From NCBI GenBank assembly GCA_963666515.2, contig OY762897.2, positions 1,376,001 through 1,440,000 of the forward strand: 64,000 nucleotides of DNA, in the 5' to 3' direction. The notes beneath the pieces were generated by a model. That model had not been told where the DNA came from. It did not search any database and saw only the letters and a list, made by a program, of their open reading frames with translations. The position numbers and the translations under genes were made by a program. Below are positions 36,462-46,052 of this stretch, piece by piece. This DNA is from Candidatus Binatia bacterium. GTDB lineage: Bacteria; Desulfobacterota; Binatia; UBA9968; JAJDTQ01. Position 1 is the first letter of the stretch; each line of letters opens with the position of its first letter.

Positions 36462-37588
36462 CCTGCCTCCCGTCCACTCCTGCCACGCCGCGACCCGCGG
36501 GCCGGCCCGTTTCACCTGTGTCTTACGGCCACGAGAGCCGAAACCCTGCCTTCGGCGCGTTGCTGTTTCTGGTTTCCCTGGTGCTGATGTTCGCGAGTCT
36601 GCCAAGCCCTCTTGCGGCCCAAGTGGAGCACATCAAGGTCCAGGTGTCACCCGACACGACCCTGCTGCGTCCGCTGAAGGACTCGGCCAGGATCACCATC
36701 GACGTGGATGGATCCGCGGAAACAATCCGCGGTCCGGTGCAACTCTCGGTCCGGCTCACGGCGCCGGCCTCCGGCGCCATCGTCTCCAGCGACTTCCCCT
36801 TGATCGAGGAAACCCGTCTCATCGACATGACCGTGGCCAACGTGACCGGCTCGCTGTCCTGGGACTACATCTTTCCCATTCGAGGCGAGTATCGGCTCGA
36901 CGTGAGCGCCACGGACCAACAAGGGCGCCGGCTCGAACGCTCCTTCACGCTCCGGGTGCATGAAAACCGCGCGAAGGTTGCCTTCCTCATTGGTTTCATC
37001 GCTGCGCTCTTTCTCCTGGGCTTGGTCGCGGGTAGAGTCTTCTCCGCCCCGGCGGGCGTGGCGGCGATCTTCATGGCCTTGGTCGTGTATGGTGCCGGCC
37101 CGGACCAAGGCCTTGGCGCGGATACGGGCCGAGGCGCCGCGTTAGAAGGGGAGTTGACCGTCGCGCCGCCCCGGGTGGGGACTCCCAGCATCATACGATG
37201 GCGCGGGACGGAGCCCGGTTCCGGGAAGCCCGTGCGCGCCACCGTAACCCTGAGAGTCGTGCAGCTTGAGAAAGGCAAAGAAGTATTCGCACTGCATCGC
37301 GTTCCCACGGACGGGACCCTCGATGTCGCGTTTCAGTTCACCGACGCGTCCCCTCATCGGGTCGTCGCCATGGCGACGACCCGGGACCGGCAAGGGGCAA
37401 CGGAAGTCGCACGGACCGTCGAGGTGGAATCGGCCACGCCACCCCTCGGCATCCGCGTTTGGCCGGTGATGCTGTTCCTGTTGGTCGTACTGGCCGGACT
37501 GGCAGCCGGCCGCTTCAGCAAGAAACGGCCCGTGCGGTTGCCCTGGATCGGCAAGCAGGTCAAGATGGACCCCAAGGAGGCATCATGA
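36452..37588 (+). CDS. hypothetical membrane-anchored protein with two repeated beta-rich domain+TM units
   Basis: hydrophobic segment, beta-rich domain, TM ending VAGRVFS, second beta-rich domain, TM ending AAGRFS; start uncertain. Confidence 0.55.
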   Translation: MPLACLPSTPATPRPAGRPVSPVSYGHESRNPAFGALLFLVSLVLMFASLPSPLAAQVEHIKVQVSPDTTLLRPLKDSARITIDVDGSAETIRGPVQLSVRLTAPASGAIVSSDFPLIEETRLIDMTVANVTGSLSWDYIFPIRGEYRLDVSATDQQGRRLERSFTLRVHENRAKVAFLIGFIAALFLLGLVAGRVFSAPAGVAAIFMALVVYGAGPDQGLGADTGRGAALEGELTVAPPRVGTPSIIRWRGTEPGSGKPVRATVTLRVVQLEKGKEVFALHRVPTDGTLDVAFQFTDASPHRVVAMATTRDRQGATEVARTVEVESATPPLGIRVWPVMLFLLVVLAGLAAGRFSKKRPVRLPWIGKQVKMDPKEAS

Positions 37589-38208
37589 TCGATCTGTACA
37601 CCTGGAGAACACCCAACGGCCGCAAGGTGTCCGTCATGCTGGAAGAGCTGGAAATGCCGTACACCGTGCATCCCATCAACATCGGCAAGGACGAACAGTT
37701 CGCGGCGGATTTCCTCGCCATCAGCCCCAACAACAAGATCCCGGCCATCGTGGACCAGGACGGCCCCGGCGGCGGCGCCTACAGCCTGTTCGAGTCGGGC
37801 GCCATCCTGCTCTACCTTTCGGAGAAGGCCGGCGGCAGGTTCCTGCCCGAGGAATCCCGCGCCCGCCATGACGTCATGCAGTGGCTCATGTTCCAGATGG
37901 GCGGTGTCGGGCCCATGTTCGGCCAGGCGCACCACTTCCTGGGCGCCAAGGAGCAGGTCCCTTACGCCATCGACCGCTACAAGAACGAGGCCCGTCGCCT
38001 CTACGGCGTGATGGAGAAACGCCTGTCCGACCATGAGTATCTGGCCGGCGAGTACTCGGTGGCGGACATCGCCACCTATCCCTGGGTGGGGAGGCACGAG
38101 AGGCACCAGGTGGACTTGGCCGATTTCCCGCAGGTCAAGCGCTGGTTCGACACCATCGGCGCCCGCCCCGCGGTCCAGCGCGGCATGCAGGTGCCTCCGG
38201 ACGCATAG
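37585..38208 (+). CDS. GST-like GSH-dependent disulfide oxidoreductase (YfcG family)
   Basis: MIDLYTW.TPNG.K, SPNNKIPAI, FESGAIL, WLMFQMGGVGPMFGQ. Confidence 0.9.
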   Translation: MIDLYTWRTPNGRKVSVMLEELEMPYTVHPINIGKDEQFAADFLAISPNNKIPAIVDQDGPGGGAYSLFESGAILLYLSEKAGGRFLPEESRARHDVMQWLMFQMGGVGPMFGQAHHFLGAKEQVPYAIDRYKNEARRLYGVMEKRLSDHEYLAGEYSVADIATYPWVGRHERHQVDLADFPQVKRWFDTIGARPAVQRGMQVPPDA

Positions 38209-38351
38209 CAAGTGGGCCACGCTCCGCGACGGCAAATCGTTTGACAAGCCGCGCGAGGGCATGTCAGAAACGCCCCGCACGGCTTCGGAACGGGTCGGAA
38301 CGGGTTCTCACGCGTGCGTGGACGCCGATGCCGTGCTAGACTCCCCGATAC

Positions 38352-38425
38352 GCCCCCGTAGCTCAGCAGGATAGAGCACAGGATTCCTAATCCTGGTGTC
38401 GTGAGTTCGAGTCTCGCCGGGGGCA
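38352..38425 (+). tRNA. tRNA-Arg(CCT), CCA not encoded
   Basis: GCCCCCG acceptor stem, TAGCTCAG..GGATAGAGC D arm, CAGGA-TTCCTAA-TCCTG anticodon arm, GTTCGAG T loop; extended -10 TGcTAGACT upstream. Confidence 0.95.
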
Positions 38426-38471
38426 CTTCCTTTTCGTGTTGGTGACGGCACGGCGATCGTCTCAAGCCCGC

Positions 38472-40472
38472 TCAAGGCAGATTGTCCCCGACAGCTTCTC
38501 GGAATGCCTGCCGGCAATCGGCCAGCAGCGCCTCCGCGTCCTCCGCCAGCATGTAACCTGCCTGTACCAGAGTGACGATGTGCTCGCGTACGCGGTCGAG
38601 ATAGCCGTCCACGTTCCCGTACCGCTCCTCCAGGGACGGCCGCGGGTCGCCCTCGGCCTCGCGTTCCGCACGGGTCCGGGGGAAGGGGATGGATGACCCC
38701 AGCAGACCGGCCAGCTCTCCTTCTGCCGCCTCCTCGGACTGCAGGTTCCAGCCGGTGCAGGTGGCGAGGGGAACGCTGACCCAGGGGAGACGGACGCCGG
38801 CGACGTCGTTGCCGTCGGCGTCCACGGCCGGCACGAGGACCGCGTAGCCAGCGCCGTCCGGCGGGGGCTTCGGATGAGCGTCGATGACGCCGCGGGTGAC
38901 GCCTTCTCCATAGTCCAGAAAAAGCTGGCGGTTGTGGAGCCCGGTGCAGTCCGCGCCGGGAATGGCCGGAAAGCCGGCGCGCAGGCGTTCGGGGGCGACC
39001 TGGGTGCCGTCGGCGCTCCGCGGGATGCGGCTCGGGGGCGGCGCGGCGCCGTCCGTGGCCCAGCGGTCCATGGCCAGGATGAGCGCCCGCAGGGCCGGGC
39101 CGATGGGCAGGGGGTTGCCCGGATGGCGCGTCTTGCCCTTGGCCGCGGGGATGCCGTACGGAGCGTTGTGCTGGGTGCTGGCAAGCAGGTAGATACGCAC
39201 GCCATCGGGCAAGGGGACATCGTTCCCCCGGCCGTCGGTGTGAGCGAGGGATCCTCGTTTCTGCCAGTACTCGGTGGATGTCTGGGTGTGGATCACCAGG
39301 GGATCGGTGGCGGGCCGCTTGAGGATGCCGTCCTCCCGGCCCGTCTGCGGGTCCTCCATGACGTTGTAGGCGAACGGGAACAGCTCGGGCTCCAACTGGT
39401 TGGTGTGCTGCTGGCACGATGTGACCGGCCGCGCGAACTCGTAGTTGAGGAACATGCGCCCGCCGCCCGCAGCGTGGGGGGCGATGGCGTCGAACACCCG
39501 GCGGCCTTGCTCGTCTTCGTTGAACCCCTGGTAGACGAGGTCACGCAGGAAACGGCCGCTTTGGGAGCGGCCCCAGGCATAGGCCTTTTCCACGCCCGTT
39601 CCGTCAGCCAGGGGGTTGGCGTTGCCGTCGCCATCTTCCTCCTCGTAGCGCAGGAACGCGACCAGATCGCGCACCGCGGCAAACCCCAGGCCCAGCACCA
39701 GCGGGTCCCGCGCGGTGTAAACCAACTCGTAGATGGCGCCCGGAATGAATCCGTCCGGCAGGTGGAGATGGGAAGCGCTGGGCGTGACCGCCGGCGCTCC
39801 GTCGCCGCCCCCGGTGTCCTCGACGGCAAACGACCAGTCCGTATGCGGGACGATTTCCCGCTCACCGTAGGACTTCATCCTGACGGTCAAATCGGCCCTG
39901 GAGGTATCCAGGGTGACGGCGGGGTAGCTGCGGACTCGCAGGTCGCCGCTCAGGGGCTGGCTGTGCACTCCCGGGCGGTTGACGCAGATCTCGGTGCGCA
40001 CCCGCCGCTGGATCGGCTCTCCGTCATCCGTGGCGACCGGGACGTCCAACGCCATGCCGTCCTTCCAGGGCACGAGGTCACCCTGCCAGCCGGACGTGAC
40101 CCAGGTGTAGCCCCAGCGCATCAGGAAGCCATTGCCGGCGTGCTGCAGAGTCACCGGATCGTTGCACTCCCGGGCGTCGTTGAGGAACATCAGTCCGCGC
40201 TTGCTGCCCCGATTGGGCGCCTCGTACAGCATCCGCCGGTTCCCCTTGCTCATGTCTTTCGGTCGCAGGATGTGCAAGTTGCAGGTGTACTCCACCGCGC
40301 CGCGATCATTGCGCGGCGCCTTGGCAATGTTGACGATGCAGGCATTGCGGGGATCGTCCGGTCGCACCTCTCCCTGGACCTCGCCCGCGACGACCTCGTA
40401 GGGGCCGACGGAACCGAACTCGTGACCGTCGGCGAAGGGCCGCGTACGATTGACGATGAAACGGCGAAGCAT
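38472..40472 (-). CDS. alpha/beta hydrolase domain protein (Abhydrolase_10 type)
   Basis: FG.VGPYE, PNRG, GWQGD, GLGFAAVRD, GRSQSGRFLR nucleophile elbow, STEYW, DADGN..AGVRLP. Confidence 0.82.
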   Translation of the reverse strand: MLRRFIVNRTRPFADGHEFGSVGPYEVVAGEVQGEVRPDDPRNACIVNIAKAPRNDRGAVEYTCNLHILRPKDMSKGNRRMLYEAPNRGSKRGLMFLNDARECNDPVTLQHAGNGFLMRWGYTWVTSGWQGDLVPWKDGMALDVPVATDDGEPIQRRVRTEICVNRPGVHSQPLSGDLRVRSYPAVTLDTSRADLTVRMKSYGEREIVPHTDWSFAVEDTGGGDGAPAVTPSASHLHLPDGFIPGAIYELVYTARDPLVLGLGFAAVRDLVAFLRYEEEDGDGNANPLADGTGVEKAYAWGRSQSGRFLRDLVYQGFNEDEQGRRVFDAIAPHAAGGGRMFLNYEFARPVTSCQQHTNQLEPELFPFAYNVMEDPQTGREDGILKRPATDPLVIHTQTSTEYWQKRGSLAHTDGRGNDVPLPDGVRIYLLASTQHNAPYGIPAAKGKTRHPGNPLPIGPALRALILAMDRWATDGAAPPPSRIPRSADGTQVAPERLRAGFPAIPGADCTGLHNRQLFLDYGEGVTRGVIDAHPKPPPDGAGYAVLVPAVDADGNDVAGVRLPWVSVPLATCTGWNLQSEEAAEGELAGLLGSSIPFPRTRAEREAEGDPRPSLEERYGNVDGYLDRVREHIVTLVQAGYMLAEDAEALLADCRQAFREAVGDNLP

Positions 40473-40524
40473 GAGCGGGACCTCCGACAATGGATTGCAG
40501 GGACGCGGCTCCACGCGGCGCGCG

Positions 40525-41079
40525 TCAGAAAACCTTTGTCAGGTCCACGGCCAAGCCTGGAAACAAGGGTGTGGTGAAGGTTTCTCTCCGCCCGTAAACT
40601 CCGGTAGGGGCCATCCGTCCGTCCTCCAGCCGGAGCGTCTCGATGATAGTGGTGTGCGGGTCCACCAGCCAGTACTCAGCGACGCCGTGGCGGGCGTAGA
40701 GATCCATTTTGACGCCGCGGTCACGCCGCCGGGTGGAAGGCGAAGCTATCTCGACGACCAGATCCGGGGCGCCGTGGACGTCGCGTTCGGTGATGATCGA
40801 CGCCCGCGCCGCGGACACGAAAAGGAGGTCCGGCTGCAGCACGTTGGTGTCGGAGAGGTAGACATCGGTAGGGGCGATGAGCACTTCGCCCAGACCATGC
40901 TCCTTCACGAACGGAACCAGGAGAACAGCGAGATCGACAAGCACCCTTTGGTGCGACGTGGTGGGCGCCGGCTCCATGACCACCAGTTCTCCTTCGATGA
41001 GTTCATACCGTACGTCATCAGGGGTCTTGAGATAATCCTGGTAGGTGTACAGGGTTTGGCTGGATTCGTTCGCCATCAT
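40525..41079 (-). CDS. Uma2 family PD-(D/E)XK endonuclease-like protein
   Basis: RYELIEG, P...HQ, QPDLLF, PDLVVEI.SPST...D...K...Y...GV.EYWLVDP. Confidence 0.92.
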   Translation of the reverse strand: MMANESSQTLYTYQDYLKTPDDVRYELIEGELVVMEPAPTTSHQRVLVDLAVLLVPFVKEHGLGEVLIAPTDVYLSDTNVLQPDLLFVSAARASIITERDVHGAPDLVVEIASPSTRRRDRGVKMDLYARHGVAEYWLVDPHTTIIETLRLEDGRMAPTGVYGRRETFTTPLFPGLAVDLTKVF

Positions 41080-41293
41080 GGGCCTCCCGTATCTCTCGAA
41101 ACGCCGCCGGGCACATGTCAATGGAAACAGGGAGAGGGGCAGAACGCAAGCGTGAGCACGGCCATGACCACCAGGACAAGACGGCGCTTCATCAACCGCC
41201 GCAAATGCGTTACGTTGGCCGATAACCCGCGCATCACGGCCGCGGGCGGCTTACGGACCACCCCGTGCGAGAATCTCTCAGGGAGGACTCCAC

Positions 41294-42130
41294 ATGATCA
41301 AGCCCACGGCACTCAAGCGTGGCCACTACGAATGCAAGTCCCTGGACGACACGCTGCCGGTCCTCACCGATCTGCTGGCCTTCGAGGTCGTGCGGCAGGG
41401 ACCCGGTCAGGCCGCGGTGAAGCACCCCAACACCGACTGGGAGCTGGTGGTCCACGAGGGCGCACCCGAGGCCGTGGACAAGCCGCACCTGCATCATTAC
41501 GGCGTGCGGGTCGAGACCCTCGACGAAGTCAATGCGGCCTACGACTACCTCCAGTCGCAGAAGGAGCGCTACAAGCTCAAGCGCGTCAGCCGTCCACACG
41601 AGAACCACTTCGCCCACTCGGTCTATTTCCGCGAGCCCGGCGGCAACGACTGGGAGATCGAGTACTACGACCACGAGGCGGTGGAGCGGGGCCAGCGGAA
41701 CGCCATCAACCCGTGGCGCGAAAAGATGCCGGAGGAGCGGTTTCCTGGGCGCGGCTATCTCCCTCAGGCGCTGAGCCACGGCACCCGCGAATGCGACGAC
41801 AAGGAGGTCAGCGCGAAGTTCTACAGCGAGGTGCTGGGGCTGGAGATCGCCGGCGGCGGGCGGTCGTCGGTGTACATCAAGCACTTCGATACCCCTTGGT
41901 ACGTGGTGGTGCTGCCCGGGCGGACGCGCCACTACGTGTCGTCGCTGAACCGCTTCACGCTCCAGGTGGAGACGGAGCAGGAGGTGGCGGACGCGCACCG
42001 GGCGTTCCGCACTTCCGGCAAGGACATCGGCATCGGCGAGGTGCAGGATCTCCAGGAGGACAACGGCGAGGTCTCGTTCGTGTTCAGCGACCTCGACCGA
42101 AACTGGTGGGACATCTGCGCCGCCCGATAG
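41294..42130 (+). CDS. tandem VOC/glyoxalase superfamily protein
   Basis: HHYGVRV, SVYFREPGGNDWEIEY, second module FSDLDRNWWDI. Confidence 0.8.
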   Translation: MIKPTALKRGHYECKSLDDTLPVLTDLLAFEVVRQGPGQAAVKHPNTDWELVVHEGAPEAVDKPHLHHYGVRVETLDEVNAAYDYLQSQKERYKLKRVSRPHENHFAHSVYFREPGGNDWEIEYYDHEAVERGQRNAINPWREKMPEERFPGRGYLPQALSHGTRECDDKEVSAKFYSEVLGLEIAGGGRSSVYIKHFDTPWYVVVLPGRTRHYVSSLNRFTLQVETEQEVADAHRAFRTSGKDIGIGEVQDLQEDNGEVSFVFSDLDRNWWDICAAR

Positions 42131-42166
42131 GGCGTCGGCTTCGGACGGCAACAGGAGAAAACGAGC

Positions 42167-42478
42167 ATGTGGTTCATCGGAATGAGGAGCGCGACCAAGC
42201 CCAGGGAAGAGTGGACCGTGACGCTGGACGATCACCTGTCCTGGATGAAGCGCCAGCACGAGGCGGGAAAGATCGTCATGTCGGGGCCGACGCCGGACCG
42301 CAAGCTCGGTATCTACCTCATACGCGCGGACTCACGGGAGGAGGCGGAGGGCATCGCCGGCAGCGACCCCTACACCGCGGCCGGTTTCTGCACGTTCGAG
42401 CTGATCGAATGGGAGCTGCACCAGGTGATGGGAGCCGGGCCGTTCTCCATGGCGGAGATCAAGGCGCACGGACGATGA
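42167..42478 (+). CDS. YciI family protein
   Basis: HL.W, SGP, A.S.EEA, DPY. Confidence 0.8.
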   Translation: MWFIGMRSATKPREEWTVTLDDHLSWMKRQHEAGKIVMSGPTPDRKLGIYLIRADSREEAEGIAGSDPYTAAGFCTFELIEWELHQVMGAGPFSMAEIKAHGR

Positions 42479-42481
42479 GGT

Positions 42482-43261
42482 CTACAGGGCGGCGGCTGAG
42501 AACGTGCGCCGCCAAGCGAAGGCGCGCTGCTCGAAGCGGGCGATGACGCCGTACTCGATGATCAGCATCAGGATCACGAACAAAAGCACCCACGCCAGCA
42601 CCTGCTCCATGTCGAAGCTCTCGAACCAGAAGAAGAACATGTAGCCGATGCCGAACTTGATACCGAAGGTCTCGGCCAGGGCGACGATCTTCCAGGTCAT
42701 GCCGAAGGCGTAGCGGAACGCCGACATGAGGTAGGGCATGAGCTGGGGGATGTAGACCTTCCGCAGCATCATCTGCTTGCTGGCCTTGAAGGCCTTGCCC
42801 ATGTCCATGAGGCTCTTGTCCATGGCCTTGGTGCCTTCGGCCATGTTCACCGTCACGAAGGGCGTCACCACCGCCATCACCGCCACCAGGCTGCCGGTCT
42901 CGCTGAAACCGAACCACAGCACCGCCAGGAACACCATCAGTATGGTGGGAATGGTCAGGAACAACGGGATCAGGCTCATGAGCGAGAACTCCACGGTCCT
43001 GCGGAGTCCCATGGCCAGCCCGATGCCGATGCCGGCGAGCATCGCCGCCACGAACGCGATGACGATGCGGAACAGGGTGATGCCGATGTGGAAGAAGGCC
43101 GTGTTGCCCTCGGGACCCAGCTCCACGAGGATCTTCCCCATGGTCTGAAGTATCCGGTAGGGGCTGGGCAGGACCTCCGGCGGGGTCAGCAGGGAGGCCA
43201 GCCACCAGACCACCACCAGCGTCACCATGGACGCCAGACGCATGTAGAGACGCATCGTCAT
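42482..43261 (-). CDS. NitT/TauT-type ABC transporter permease
   Basis: LPSP, TLFR, EAA-like loop, WKIVALAE. Confidence 0.88.
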   Translation of the reverse strand: MTMRLYMRLASMVTLVVVWWLASLLTPPEVLPSPYRILQTMGKILVELGPEGNTAFFHIGITLFRIVIAFVAAMLAGIGIGLAMGLRRTVEFSLMSLIPLFLTIPTILMVFLAVLWFGFSETGSLVAVMAVVTPFVTVNMAEGTKAMDKSLMDMGKAFKASKQMMLRKVYIPQLMPYLMSAFRYAFGMTWKIVALAETFGIKFGIGYMFFFWFESFDMEQVLAWVLLFVILMLIIEYGVIARFEQRAFAWRRTFSAAAL

Positions 43262-44040
43262 TGGTCTTGTGTCTGCTCCAGCACCGAGAAGAACTCCCGC
43301 ACCAGCTCTTTCTCCATGTCGAACAGCCGCGGGTCCTCGGGCTGCCTGGGCCGCGGCAGGTCCACCTGCACGTGCCGGAATATCCGCGCCGGCTTGGTGC
43401 TCATCATGTAGACGTCGTCTGAAAGGTAGACGGCCTCGCGCAGGTCATGGGTGACGAACAGGATCGTGGTCTTGGCCCGTTCGAGGATGTCCATCAGGTC
43501 GATGCGCATCTTGCGCGCGGTTATCTCGTCGAGATGGCTGAAGGGCTCGTCCATGAGCAGGACATCAGGCTCGATGGCCAGGGCGCGGGCGATGGCCACC
43601 CGCTGCTGCATGCCGCCGGACAGGTTGAGCGGGTAGTTGGGCTCCTGGCCCCCCAGGCCGACCATTTCCAGGTACTTGGTGACGCGGTCGCGCCACTGCT
43701 CGCGCGGCACGCCCTGGGCCTCCAGCGCGAAGCGTATGTTGTCCTCCACCGTGAGCCAGTTGAGCAGACGGGCGCTCTGGAACACGTAGCCCACGTGGAT
43801 GGCGCCGTCGGGGGACTCGGTAGCGGGGTGTACCGTGACGCTGCCGCCGTTCTCCACCTCGATGCCCGCGATGACGTTCAGGAGCGTGGACTTCCCGCAG
43901 CCGGAGGGGCCCACGAGGCTCGCGAACTCCCCCTCCTTGACGTCGAGGCTCACGGCGTCCAGCACCACGAACTCTTCGCCGCCGCCGGGAGCGGGAAACT
44001 TCTTTGTCAACTTGTCAACCTGAACGACCGTCGAAGCCAT
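43258..44040 (-). CDS. NitT/TauT-type ABC transporter ATP-binding protein
   Basis: GPSGCGKST, LSGGMQQR, LMDEPF, VTHD. Confidence 0.92.
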   Translation of the reverse strand: MASTVVQVDKLTKKFPAPGGGEEFVVLDAVSLDVKEGEFASLVGPSGCGKSTLLNVIAGIEVENGGSVTVHPATESPDGAIHVGYVFQSARLLNWLTVEDNIRFALEAQGVPREQWRDRVTKYLEMVGLGGQEPNYPLNLSGGMQQRVAIARALAIEPDVLLMDEPFSHLDEITARKMRIDLMDILERAKTTILFVTHDLREAVYLSDDVYMMSTKPARIFRHVQVDLPRPRQPEDPRLFDMEKELVREFFSVLEQTQDQ

Positions 44041-44089
44041 GAACGATACCTGTATTGGACAATGAGATTGAATGCCGCGTGACGCGCGG

Positions 44090-44854
44090 TTACGTGGCCA
44101 CCTGGTGCCGCCAGCGGAAGGCGCGCCGCTCCCAGGACCGGAAGACCAGCACGTCCACCAGCACCATGAAGATCATGAAGCTGACGCCCCAGGCGAGCAT
44201 CAGGTCCACCCGCGTATCCTCGAAATGAATGATCAGCTTCTGGCCCACGCCGCTGCCCACGGCAAAGGCCTCTCCCACCAGCACGATCTTCCAGGACAGC
44301 GACAGCGCGATCCGCAATGATGAGAAGATGTAGGGCAGGAGCTGCGGTATGATGACCTTTCGGATGATCAGGTGCCGATCCGCCTTGTACACCTTGGCCA
44401 TGTCGATGACTTCCTTGTCGATGGCCTTGGTGCCTTCCCATACGTTGAGGGACACGAACGGGAAGACGATGAGCACCGTCGTGAAGATGGGCCCGATGTC
44501 CGAGAGCCCGAACCACAGGACCGCCAGAAAGGCCCAGCAAACCGCCGGAAAGGTCAGCGCCACCATGATCCAGCCGTCCAGGAACGCCTCCACGTGCCGG
44601 TGCATGCCCATGATCAGCCCGAGGATGCCGCCGATGATCATGGAGGCCAGGAGGCCCAGGATGATCCGCCGCAGCGTGTCCCAGACCACGACATAGGCCT
44701 CGGCCTCGGAATAGACCACCAGCAGCCTCGCTATCAGCTCCCGCGGCCCCGGCAGGAACGACGGCAGGAAGAGCAGGGACACCACCTGCCACAACAACAC
44801 GAAGCCGACGATTGTGAGGACCCCGGCGACAAGGCCGGGCTTGCCCTTGATCAT
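44090..44854 (-). CDS. NitT/TauT-type ABC transporter permease
   Basis: LPGP, TLRR, WKIVLVGE. Confidence 0.88.
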   Translation of the reverse strand: MIKGKPGLVAGVLTIVGFVLLWQVVSLLFLPSFLPGPRELIARLLVVYSEAEAYVVVWDTLRRIILGLLASMIIGGILGLIMGMHRHVEAFLDGWIMVALTFPAVCWAFLAVLWFGLSDIGPIFTTVLIVFPFVSLNVWEGTKAIDKEVIDMAKVYKADRHLIIRKVIIPQLLPYIFSSLRIALSLSWKIVLVGEAFAVGSGVGQKLIIHFEDTRVDLMLAWGVSFMIFMVLVDVLVFRSWERRAFRWRHQVAT

Positions 44855-44886
44855 GAGGAGAGCCTGTCGGAGATGGGCGCGAAGGC

Positions 44887-44928
44887 TCCGGGTCCCCGGC
44901 GCGGCCGAAGCCGTTCCGAGGACCCGGA
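44887..44928. promoter_or_regulatory. stem-loop after the SBP gene (putative mRNA stabiliser/attenuator)
   Basis: TCCGGGTCC...GGACCCGGA outer stem between the SBP and permease genes. Confidence 0.4.
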
Positions 44929-44942
44929 CGCCGTGACGTCGA

Positions 44943-45935
44943 CTAGTTGAGAATCAGCCCGTGCTTCTTCTTGTCCGGAACGAAGTCCAGGACGCCCCGC
45001 CGCTTCGCCATCTCGAGGAAGTTCCACTGATGGTCCACGGTTTCCTTGTCCCACTTGGCGATGAAGATCTTCTTCTTCTGCAGCCAGTCCCGGTAGACGC
45101 CGGCTTCGGCCTTGTTCTTGATGCCGGTCACCTTGGCGAACTTGGCCTCGGCCTGGTCGAAGTTCTTGGGGTTCCTGAGCCAGCGCATGGACTCCATGAC
45201 CGCACTCGCAAAGCCTGCCGCCCGCTTCGGGTCCTCATCCACCCACTCGCGCCAGCAGACCAGCGGCGCCGACCACACGATGGCCTGGCCGGTCTTCGAC
45301 TTCCAGTAGTCGTTGGGTGCGAACACCGAGCGGTACTTGTCGGGCTGCGATGCCGCCCGGACGGTCAGCGAGCTGATGTTGAACATGGAGTCCACGTCGC
45401 CGCGGTCCAGCAGTGCCAGCAGCGCGGGGGCGGCGGCCTGAACCAGGTTCATGTCCTTCTTGTTGAGGATGTCCATGCCGTGGCCGTCCATGATGACCGC
45501 GCGGGTGGCCTTGAAGGCGCCGGCGCCGGTGGACCAGGTGCCGTACTTCTTGCCCCGGAGGTCGCCGATGGACTTCACCGCGCTGTCCTTCTTGACGAAG
45601 ACCTCCTGCATGACGGTGAGGCCGCCTCCGACGATGACGAAGTCGAGCCCCTTGGTGATCCGGGCGATGGCGGCCGTGCCCGCGTACGACGAGCAGGGCA
45701 CTTCCTTGGCGGGCAGCGCGGCCATGTGTCCCTTGAAGGGGCGCACGTCCACGTCAGCATCGATGCCGTTCTTCTCGAAGATCCCGGCCAGCTCCCCCGC
45801 CAGATAGAGCATGGAGATGATGCTGTTCCGGCCGGCGGTGACCTTGACCTTGGCGAGGTCCTTGGCCGCGGCCTCGAAGGCCAGGAAACCCACCAGCGCA
45901 ATCGCCAACAATACGGTCCATGTGTAGCGTCGCAT
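44943..45935 (-). CDS. NMT1/SsuA-type ABC substrate-binding protein
   Basis: signal peptide, GIFEKNGID, DLRGKK.G, RGDVD. Confidence 0.85.
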   Translation of the reverse strand: MRRYTWTVLLAIALVGFLAFEAAAKDLAKVKVTAGRNSIISMLYLAGELAGIFEKNGIDADVDVRPFKGHMAALPAKEVPCSSYAGTAAIARITKGLDFVIVGGGLTVMQEVFVKKDSAVKSIGDLRGKKYGTWSTGAGAFKATRAVIMDGHGMDILNKKDMNLVQAAAPALLALLDRGDVDSMFNISSLTVRAASQPDKYRSVFAPNDYWKSKTGQAIVWSAPLVCWREWVDEDPKRAAGFASAVMESMRWLRNPKNFDQAEAKFAKVTGIKNKAEAGVYRDWLQKKKIFIAKWDKETVDHQWNFLEMAKRRGVLDFVPDKKKHGLILN

Positions 45936-46052
45936 TATCTGCCTCCTTTAGCTGGTTGCCGGTCCCACTGACCGCAACGAAAGCATTTCTTCTGTGCGAA
46001 ACACGGAGAACGACGAATACTAGTAAGTGCCCGGTGCTTTGTCAATGGCGCG

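Noticed and set aside
38285-38304. TCGGAACGGG direct repeat x2 upstream of the tRNA
   Set aside because: Only two 10-bp copies with no other support; may be chance or a slippage duplication
38352-41079. Genomic island integrated at tRNA-Arg
   Set aside because: No integrase and no duplicated tRNA 3' end seen in the window; the downstream hydrolase has host-like codon usage
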